This document shows, piece by piece, positions 12,104 through 20,736 of a stretch of 64,000 nucleotides of DNA (its first letter is position 1; each line of letters starts with the position of its first letter). A program made the position numbers and the translations under genes. The stretch is from Haplodiscus bocki (lineage: Eukaryota). Where the stretch lies: contig OZ296653.1 of the NCBI GenBank assembly GCA_965655095.1, positions 27,590,001-27,654,000 on the forward strand, read 5' to 3'. Under the pieces are notes generated by a model that did no database searches, was not told the DNA's origin, and was given only the letters and a program-made list of their open reading frames with translations.

Positions 12104-13885
12104 TCATTTTGTGACGTAGTAAAACAACCCGTTCTGGAACCACGGGAATTTGAACGATGACGACTTCAGCCTCAGAGGAGACGCGAATGGATTGACTAGA
12201 TATTTCGACACTCTAATTTCATCTTTCAACTGCGAAGAGAGCACTTTTTGCAACCACTGTTGCTGCATTGCAGTGAACATGGGGCAGAAGTTAACGAAAT
12301 AAATAGGTATCGATGCGTTAACTATTTCCTTCACTATCATCAGAGATTTCTCTGGTTCGGATATCATATCGAAGTTATTAAACCCAATAACCAGGTCGGG
12401 TCTTTCACTGCTCTTTATACTGGCCACAGGAAACTCGCCTTGCTGTATATTAACATGCAAACTCGTATTCTCGCAACCTTCGGGATTGTACTTTATTGAA
12501 AACGCCGGATACTTCGATTGGTAAATACTGAGTCGTACATGAATTTTACATTCTCTGAACAACAGTTGTTTAAATATCGCAGCATACTTCGGATGAAACG
12601 CTGATTCTAGTACCACAATGTGCACTTTATTTGAGGAGTCTGTCACCATTTTTGGAAATACCACTCTAGATAGATAGCGTATAGTCATACACGTGCTCAA
12701 TAGGGCTGCTACAGGGTTGTCAAATGTGAGCTCTTGGGCGTTGTAGTACTCTGCCCAGTTTTTGAATTGTTGGGAATCCTCACTTCGCGGGATCGAATCC
12801 AGCTTGGTCAGCCTTTTGTCGATATACGGAGTCTCAATATCATCTTCACTAGAAACACTCTTCTGTTGGTGAGTTTCAGAGCACTCTTCTTTATTGCAAG
12901 CTCCCTGATTTGTTTGTAAACTGGTCCAATAGCCGAGCCCTAGGAGTCCCTTTGATTTTAAAAACTCTTCAAATATAAATTCTTCTCGGTTTGATTCTTC
13001 GATAAATTCGAAAGGAAAGACCTCCAAGTACTGTTGAGCCAAAGTTCCACTAAACCGCTGAAACTCACTGCACCACTTTTTATGACTCGATTCGGCAGGT
13101 TTTTTCTTCCAGTCTTTCCTGAAGCAATCATTGGAACAATAATAAACCGCGTGACAAGCCGTACATTGCTTCAAGTTATCTTTTTTTGTTTTCAGTCCAC
13201 AGTTCAAACAGGCGAACTGTTCGTTCAAAGGCACAGCTGGTTCGTTTTGCTGTAAATTCACTACAGCTTCAATCTCAAAACACTGTAACTTGGGTTTGAG
13301 TGCCTCTAGTAAACCAGCGTTCTTCAACATCAATTTGGCAGGTCGTGCTGGCTTTCCCAAAACGGGATCCAACATCGAGGAATACAAAATGTCTATAACA
13401 TCTTTGGATAACAACTCAAAATCTTCCATATTACTTAACGTCTTGAACGATCTAGCACATCGATTTCCATCAAACAATTGCACCATTTGTTGCTTTGGAT
13501 CCTGCAGTTTGTTGTTATCTGAATTGTAACCACCTATCGACCAGGTTTCGTCAACTTTGGGTAGATTCAGGATTGTCTCAATTGAAGGTTCAGTCATACA
13601 GACATTGGTTTCAAATTTCTTACTTTCTTTTCTCGAATCGTTTCTCCAGTTTTTGAATTCGTTCAAAAAATGTTGATACTGGCTTTCGTCGCTGCCCAAA
13701 TTGTGAAGATACTTTTCGAGGATAGAATATTTTTCACCCAGCTCTTTGGATTCAAAATCTGGGCCATGTTTGTCGGAAAAGAAAGCGATAAGAGCAACAA
13801 TCTGTTCTCTAGTGAATGCTCGAAGAGTTTCAGGTATTGGCAGTTCAACTTTTCGATTTGACTTTTCTTCAGGCTCGGCAACCAT
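12104..13885 (-). CDS. ZMYND15: MYND-type zinc finger protein with MSS51-like C-terminal domain (ZMYND15-like), intronless
   Basis: Intact 593-aa ORF. MYND finger CLNC...CTACHAVYYCSNDCFRKDW...HKKWC. Upstream PARPAKL motif. C-terminal W..YY, PVAALL, PDLVIGFN, NPFASP and QNG motifs typical of MSS51/ZMYND15. AATAAA at 12047-12052 (minus). Confidence 0.8.
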   Translation of the reverse strand: MVAEPEEKSNRKVELPIPETLRAFTREQIVALIAFFSDKHGPDFESKELGEKYSILEKYLHNLGSDESQYQHFLNEFKNWRNDSRKESKKFETNVCMTEPSIETILNLPKVDETWSIGGYNSDNNKLQDPKQQMVQLFDGNRCARSFKTLSNMEDFELLSKDVIDILYSSMLDPVLGKPARPAKLMLKNAGLLEALKPKLQCFEIEAVVNLQQNEPAVPLNEQFACLNCGLKTKKDNLKQCTACHAVYYCSNDCFRKDWKKKPAESSHKKWCSEFQRFSGTLAQQYLEVFPFEFIEESNREEFIFEEFLKSKGLLGLGYWTSLQTNQGACNKEECSETHQQKSVSSEDDIETPYIDKRLTKLDSIPRSEDSQQFKNWAEYYNAQELTFDNPVAALLSTCMTIRYLSRVVFPKMVTDSSNKVHIVVLESAFHPKYAAIFKQLLFRECKIHVRLSIYQSKYPAFSIKYNPEGCENTSLHVNIQQGEFPVASIKSSERPDLVIGFNNFDMISEPEKSLMIVKEIVNASIPIYFVNFCPMFTAMQQQWLQKVLSSQLKDEIRVSKYLVNPFASPLRLKSSSFKFPWFQNGLFYYVTK

Positions 13886-14015
13886 TCCTTTCTAAAAACA
13901 ACATCTTTGAAGCGAACCACAACAAAAAAGAACTCACAACTGAAGATGTCAGAAAACGTAGTTTTTTATTACGCTGATTTCACTATGATAGATTTCGCTT
14001 CCAATAACATTAAAA

Positions 14016-16577
14016 TTAATAAAAATTTGGAACATTATGATTATTTTTTCGAGCAGCCGCCGCCTTTCTGTTATGAGGATTAGAACTTTTGGTCTTGTGT
14101 TCATCATTGTCATCGTTGTATCTGTTGACAAAGCCACGTCCTCTTCCCATGGGCTTTTTGGAGACTTCTCTAAGCTCCGAGGCTGGATTTGTGGCAGCGT
14201 CCTCTGTGCCTTCGGTAACAAAGCTAGGATTGGCGCTAGTCAGTTGCCTATTAGTGTCTGATCTGAAATTATTGTTATCACCTTTATTAAAGCCATTCCC
14301 ACTTCTTCCCTGGACTTGTTTACCGGGAGCTCGTTGTTGTCGAAACTCTTTGGGCCGCGTACCTGTTGGATTATTGTTCAACCTTACTCCACCACAAGAG
14401 CTATTAAAAGGATCACGATTATCATTAGAAAATTGTTTTCGATTACCACCGCCAGTTTCTGCGCAATCCATGTCACTTCCGTAATCTGTTCGTCTATGAC
14501 TTCTAAAACTTCTGGGTTGACTAGCATACGAAACTCGTCCGGTATCCTCGACAGACCTTTCTATGTTTTCAGATTGATTATTTCGCTGTTGGATAAATGG
14601 TGAAGAAGCTCCTACTTTGTTTCTTTGATTGAAGGAACCTTTGTTATTTTCATTTTTCCCTTTATTATGATAACCCCCTGAACTTCGATACGAACTTTGC
14701 GGCAAATTGCTGGAAGCGATTTCTTGATTAGATGTTCCAGCATCTTGGTCCCCTGAGTTTTCCTCGTCACAATCAAGCCAATCATTCCTATTCCCTCCCA
14801 TCCTGGTAGTCCATTTTGCTGCCCCCCAATTAGGGTTTTGTACGGAGAATCCGATGTCTCCATTCTCAAATGAATCCGCGACTTCTGCTACGTTATCATA
14901 AGTATCGTCGTATTCATCGTCATATTCGAGAGATAAACTTCTTCCAACAGGGTTCTCGAAAATTGTCCTGAAATCAGGAGCTCTGCTCGATGGAGCAGTT
15001 TCTATGGCGTTATTTTCCATAATAACTACTTCATTTGAAAAATCATCGCCTCCTTCTTCCACATTGCCATATCTTTCAACAATATTATTCATCATCGATG
15101 GAGTCAACTCTTCGTCCTTTTTCCTGAAAACTTTTTGAAAAGTGGGCTTTTCGGGCTCAACGAAATCATCGAAACTTGCACCTTCAGGTATGGAAAGATT
15201 ATTCTCAAAGATAAGATTGACACTTTCTTCCACTGAGAGGTTTGATGCAAGAAGGTAATACTTTACAACCTTATCGTCTACTTCAGGAATGAGTTGCTTC
15301 ACTTCGCTTAATGCTTTTTGTAAATTATCGACCCCATTTGAACTACTACCATCAAAATCAACAACATCAGACGGGGGCTCTGAATCTAAGTTTGTCATCA
15401 GATCATCCAAGTCTTTCAAAAAATTCGGATTCCCGTTTTCTGCCCAGCTCATCAACGCATGCAACAAATTGCGCACAATAGGGTCTACCTCAAACAATTG
15501 GCGTACCCAGTACAACTGAATAAAGTCTTGCAAAAACACCAGAGCTGTTTCAACAACACCCGTTTCAAAATTTTTTGATACGTAGTCTTCCAATGTCAAA
15601 CGAACTATTTCCACTGAATTAGAAGCCGATGTTTTCAACTTCAGAGTAAGAACTGAGGACAAATCACTATCTTCCAACATTCTTACACTCCAAAACAGAC
15701 ATTTTAAAGTGACTTCCACAAAATTGCAGATATGTCGCAACAAATCGTTTGTGTCGTAGAACAGCAATTCGACAACTGAAGGAACAGAATCTGCAAAACA
15801 AAGCAAATTCGAGGTCAAGTCAACGCAAAGATCAATTATACGGGTCAGTCCAGAAACATCTAAGCTGTTACAAGGGTTGAACTCTTCGCTTAAGTCGTTG
15901 CAGTCAACTACATGTAACCCACATCTCATTTTTATAACACTCAGAGTTTGTTTAACGTTAGCTGAGTAACGCGTGAAACTGCTTTTGAAATCCGATCGAT
16001 TGTGTTTTATAACATTCTCACACAATTTCTGCAGCAATGGTGACTGATTTGCGTAAATGCTACAAAGAAGCGACATCTCGAAAGCTCCCAACCAACCATA
16101 TTTGGAATGTAAGTTGCCAAAAAAGTCTGCCGACATATAACCTTCATTCGATTCTTTGTACGTCGACATTCGCAGGAACAGCAAAAACATCTTTTTTGAT
16201 ACGATTTGATGGCTTTTGACGTACTCATGGACAATTTTTTCGGTCTCCCAACAGTTAGGGCTGAATTTGAGAAAAGATTTGATAAGAGTGTTCAGACTGG
16301 TGTCAAAAAGCATCTGCGACCAAAACTTGAAATGAGGAAGTCGAAGTAAAAGGTCAACGTCTGTTTCAATAAGTTCCAGACGAGTAATGTAGTCATGACC
16401 GCCCACGATATTCAGGTCCCTGAAAGGAGGGACATAACTTAGAAAATTGATTCGTGTGACCCAATCTTTATGGAGAGCTGGCCTTTTAGAACCATTGTCA
16501 GGCAGGGCAATTTGTCGCTTTTCCAAAGGAAGAAAAGCTGCATCCTTTTCAAAGTTCGTAACCGATCCCGAGAGCAT
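14016..16577 (-). CDS. ASCC2: Activating signal cointegrator 1 complex subunit 2 (CUE-domain protein), intronless
   Basis: Motifs LLRLPHFKFWSQMLFD, FLRMSTYKES, CUE-like VKQLIPEVDD...VEESVNLIFENNL, hallmark YDDEYDDTYD, and C-terminal NPHNRKAAAARK. The first ATG is at 16577; the track's start at 16784 is a non-ATG codon. Confidence 0.92.
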   Translation of the reverse strand: MLSGSVTNFEKDAAFLPLEKRQIALPDNGSKRPALHKDWVTRINFLSYVPPFRDLNIVGGHDYITRLELIETDVDLLLRLPHFKFWSQMLFDTSLNTLIKSFLKFSPNCWETEKIVHEYVKSHQIVSKKMFLLFLRMSTYKESNEGYMSADFFGNLHSKYGWLGAFEMSLLCSIYANQSPLLQKLCENVIKHNRSDFKSSFTRYSANVKQTLSVIKMRCGLHVVDCNDLSEEFNPCNSLDVSGLTRIIDLCVDLTSNLLCFADSVPSVVELLFYDTNDLLRHICNFVEVTLKCLFWSVRMLEDSDLSSVLTLKLKTSASNSVEIVRLTLEDYVSKNFETGVVETALVFLQDFIQLYWVRQLFEVDPIVRNLLHALMSWAENGNPNFLKDLDDLMTNLDSEPPSDVVDFDGSSSNGVDNLQKALSEVKQLIPEVDDKVVKYYLLASNLSVEESVNLIFENNLSIPEGASFDDFVEPEKPTFQKVFRKKDEELTPSMMNNIVERYGNVEEGGDDFSNEVVIMENNAIETAPSSRAPDFRTIFENPVGRSLSLEYDDEYDDTYDNVAEVADSFENGDIGFSVQNPNWGAAKWTTRMGGNRNDWLDCDEENSGDQDAGTSNQEIASSNLPQSSYRSSGGYHNKGKNENNKGSFNQRNKVGASSPFIQQRNNQSENIERSVEDTGRVSYASQPRSFRSHRRTDYGSDMDCAETGGGNRKQFSNDNRDPFNSSCGGVRLNNNPTGTRPKEFRQQRAPGKQVQGRSGNGFNKGDNNNFRSDTNRQLTSANPSFVTEGTEDAATNPASELREVSKKPMGRGRGFVNRYNDDNDEHKTKSSNPHNRKAAAARKNNHNVPNFY

Positions 16578-18548
16578 TCTCCTGAAATTTAATGTAAATG
16601 GATGCAGAGATACACGTTTCGATCGAAAACAATCAGAACGTCGAAACAAGGTATAAACACCGCTATAATTTCCTCCGAAGTTTTCATAGATCACAGACTT
16701 AGTACCGAAATTTTCTGTGGTGGCCCACCATTGTTTTACACAGAGGCAAAGCTGCCCTTCGCAACACTTGCTCCAACGGAACAAATCGACTAAATATAAC
16801 AGCTGTGTAAAGGGATCACGATACCATGAGTACTACTGGTACCAAGCGTACAGAGACTCAGTTAATTCTTCTACATTTATATACAAGTAAGAAACGCTAA
16901 AATATTACATTTTCTTCAAGATTTTTTTTCATTTTTTGAACCCATTCATAGTTTGTCAGTGAACAGAGTTGAGTAATGTTCAGTGTTCTCAGATTTAAGT
17001 CGCCAGTTTCGAAGAGTCCCGAATGGGGGTAAAGTTCAAACCATTTCTACAATCATGAGTTTCATTTTCGGAAGATTTCAAACATTTAAGGTTCTGATTA
17101 CGAAACTGAAATCAAATTTCAAACCAATACAAAGTGCCCTACAAAATTTCCTAAAATTTCCAACAATGCTGTACCGATCGCCTGCTACTTTTCTTCAGCG
17201 GAAAATTGAACAATGAAAAATTTACTTGAATTTTACTACTGAATCAGTGGATAAGAAATACACGTCATTTCTCAGTAGGAGACTTCAAAATTATTCCAGG
17301 TGGATCTTTAGACGTTATCATTTCGACGCCTGTCTTCGAATCCTCATGAGGTGCAATTGTGGAGGAGTGAAGGTTGACATGATACAACCGTGGCCGCAAT
17401 TTTTCTTGGCCTAGCTTTTCTTTGAATTTCAAACTGATTGTGTTTTTGGTCAAACAAATGCTCTCAATTGCACTCAAAGCGTAAATGTTCAAGTATAACC
17501 TCTAATCTGCAATCGACGATTATCTAGAATTTAAGTAAATTAGCAACCATGTAGTACTGCAATAAAAAACTCCTATGAGCCAGGGCTACAGCTCGAACTC
17601 TGCATAAGTCCTGTTCTGCCGAAATTTTCCATACTTGTTTCAGTCATCGAACTTTGAATCTTCAATTAAGTGTCGGAGTCTAGTTCACAACTGCTGAAAA
17701 ATTTATCAATGAAAATTATGCTGGGCTTCAATTTTCAACAGGGCTACTAATTTCTCCAATCGCTAGCCTGCAACTGGAAACACTGTTACAGCGGAAAGCA
17801 GTTTTTTTCCGAAATATTTTGATACAATTTCTGGAAGATCTGAACTAGTCTGAAAGCTAAAATGGTCAGTGGAACAACCACTCCTTAAACACATCCTTCT
17901 GATGGAACAACAAAACTTATTTAAGTGCTGTAAAGACAGAAGCCTTCAAATGGATATAGTTTCTAGAGACGTAAGTGCAAGTAAGAAAACTCATTTTTAA
18001 TTGATTGTTTCCAAAATGATTTTTATGCCCGGTCGATTCAATTTTATTTTCAATAGTACGAAATTTCGTACCATGTTTGTTACTATGGATGCTAAAAACA
18101 TTTGAACATGGCTTCGGAAGCCTTCCGGCATTGCAGCCCAGCTCTCGGGCATATCGGTGCTCGACGCTGGGCTCCAATGCCTTCTGGCCTCCAATACCTA
18201 TGTTCTAATTGATCAGGAAGCTCTGCCCTTATTCCTTCATGCCTTCTTAGTGCCATTTTACAAGTTTTTCTCAGCACTTCTATACTAAGCTCTGAATTAA
18301 CTGTTTTTTAGACGTTAGTCGTCAGTTTCTTCTTTCCCTAACATTCAGGAACTATTCACCAAATAGTCAAAAGTTGATGAACAACATAATACATGCAACA
18401 CTTGAACTGTCAACGCTATTTGGGCACTCTTCGTTCTAAAGAATCAAAATATACAGAACATACATCTTTATTTTGAATAAATCCAAAAATTTATTGTATA
18501 TCTTTGATAAAAGTAAATCTAGGAATTTAAAGAGCAAGGTCAAAACTA

Positions 18549-19241
18549 TTATCCACCAAAAGTTTCAGATTGAAACTCAAAATTGTTGAAATTGCGCAAA
18601 ATAACGAATAATTCTCTGAAGCCTTGAAATTCCAAAGGATCATCAAAATGAGCAGGCAAATCTTCGGGCGTAGAGTTGTATCCATCAGAGATGATTGATT
18701 CAGCCGAACTCATATGCTCGTTGTCATTTACCTGATGGCCATTGGATTGTGAGACATCTTGCCAGTAATCGAATGACAAATCCGGGTATTCCCAAGTGTC
18801 ATTAGACCAACTGACAAAATTAGTTTCCCAAGTGTCGGAGAATTCTGATGAACTTTCATATGAAATGTCGCTTCTTGCATCATTTGGACTACTACTTGAA
18901 ATGCTAACTTTAAGGGTAGGTTTAGGTTCCATAACTGAAGAATTGTGTAAATTGATTCTTTCAATCCGCACAAACGGTTGGACATTGCTCAATTTTGACA
19001 ACAGACTCTCAGATGTGCTGTCCAAACTATTTTCTTCATTAAGATGACTGATATTCGAAGTCCGATGCACCATGTCATTCAGTTGGCATTGGGGTAATCT
19101 ATCGACAATAACGACCACCTGTCTTTCGAATGCTCCTTTTATGTTACAAAACATGTCCATATGATGATTTGACAGACGATTCAGTACAACACGACATTTC
19201 TGATTGAAATTCCCATTCTCCTCGATGTTTCTATTCTCCAT
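18549..19241 (-). CDS. Uncharacterised 230-aa protein with three VxL/IxRL/I motifs and an acidic Ser-rich tail (may be an exon of a larger or decayed gene)
   Basis: Open 693-nt frame in AT-rich DNA. TTTTCAG acceptor 8 nt before the ATG. Motifs CRVVLNRL, VVVIVDRL, PFVRIERI. Confidence 0.45.
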   Translation of the reverse strand: MENRNIEENGNFNQKCRVVLNRLSNHHMDMFCNIKGAFERQVVVIVDRLPQCQLNDMVHRTSNISHLNEENSLDSTSESLLSKLSNVQPFVRIERINLHNSSVMEPKPTLKVSISSSSPNDARSDISYESSSEFSDTWETNFVSWSNDTWEYPDLSFDYWQDVSQSNGHQVNDNEHMSSAESIISDGYNSTPEDLPAHFDDPLEFQGFRELFVILRNFNNFEFQSETFGG

Positions 19242-19825
19242 GTCTACTTCTGAAAAGGATATATATTAACAATGTATTCTAGAAAAAGCCATTCCATTCA
19301 ATCACTTTGAAAAGTTTTCGCAATCAGAATTTTCAGAAAGGCATATTAGAAATTATAGGCCTAAACAATGGTTGAAGGCGGAGTGGTTTCACCCTGACTG
19401 CAGCCACGAGCTGCTGGCTCTCAAAAATACCAGCGTAATTCAATAGTTTTAAATTGGCAATATATATATATATATATCGGTTAAAAAAGAACTATCGAAA
19501 ATTATTAAATAGACTTACACTGTGAATATGCTGTAAATCCACAATCGATCTAACGCGACTTCGTGAGTTACGTGGCCAGTCATCAAGGAAATACCAGGAA
19601 CTCTATCAAGACTACAGACTTGAAATAAAATCCCTTACGTTCCTGAGAAGTTACGGTGGTGATATCCGTCTGATCAGAAACAAGAGACAGCGACTCTCCA
19701 AAACCAGAAGAGACAAAGGACTCAAGTGAGGCTAAGGTAAATAGTTTCCTTCCTTGTTTCTCCCAGCCTTCTTTTACTGGTGTCTAGGATTAATTTCCCG
19801 GGCTAAGCTAAGAGAAACTACAATC

Positions 19826-20736
19826 ATGGTGAGAAAATGCAAGACGTGTAAAAACAGCATTGCTGCCTCGGAAAAAACCTATCGTTGCGTGGGCTGCAAC
19901 CAGCACATGCAACTTACCACCGAATGCACAGCTCTCTCAAACGTTGCCATCAACGGAATCAAGGAACTCGGTAACAATTGCATGCTCATGTGCAACACTT
20001 GTCTTGACAATGGAGAACGAGACGTGTTCATTAGATGCAGAGCACAAACGAAGGTCGAGTCCGTAATCTGAGACTTGAAAATCGACGAAAAGCTCTCCAA
20101 TCTGGAAAACAAGTTCTCCGAACTTGTCGACTCGAAACTTGCAAATCTAATTTCGAAGTCATGTGACAAAATTGAACAAAACTATGCTAAAGTGACAGCC
20201 AAAACGCTCGAGAACGCTGCCTCCGTGGTAACTTCTTCAAACTCCAAAACAAAAGTGAAATCTGAAGATCTCAACATCTCAGCAAGCTTCAGAATACAAG
20301 GGATCGCTGAAGATCCCGAGAAAACTGTCGATGAGAATCTTGTCCCAACCACCGAAAAAGTCGAAAATATCCTACAAACCTTCAATGTCAATACCGAAAT
20401 CACTTCAATGAAGCGACTTGGAAAATTTGACAAAACAAGAATTAAACCAAGGACCCTTCTTGTTACGGTCCGGAATGAGTACGATAAGAAGCCAATCATG
20501 GCGAAGAGCGTGGAAAACCGCGAAGTCTTAACGGAGGAATCCATCTACATCCTTCCTGCATTATCAAAGGCTGACGTCATCAAAGAGAATCAAGTGCTGA
20601 AAAAGAGAAGAGAACTTCTTGATGAAGGCGTTCCTCATGAGAAACTAAAAATTCGCAACTTTGAATTATTCATAATGGTAAAAAGGTAGCGATGGATGCA
20701 ACCGAGCTCCCCCCCAAGGAGCAAAGTTCATTTTGA
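19826..20736 (+). pseudogene. LINE ORF1 (PHD finger, coiled coil, RRM-like); one internal stop and one frameshift
   Basis: CKTC...CVGC..H...C...CNTC, FRIQGIAE, RLGK...KPRTLLV, KLKIRNFELF. Stop at 20069-20071. A 1-nt deletion near 20672 hides the continuation NGKKVAMDATELPPKEQSSF* to TGA 20734-20736. Confidence 0.85.

Noticed and set aside
16578-16784. 69-aa N-terminal extension of ASCC2 in the ORF track
   Set aside because: It starts at a non-ATG codon and shows no ASCC2-like sequence, and an acceptor (TTTCAG) sits just before the ATG at 16577.
19520-19670. LTR-like segment (TG...AATAAA...GTGGTG) upstream of the CR1 ORF1
   Set aside because: No second LTR, no CA terminus and no convincing primer-binding site; more simply the LINE 5' UTR or flank.
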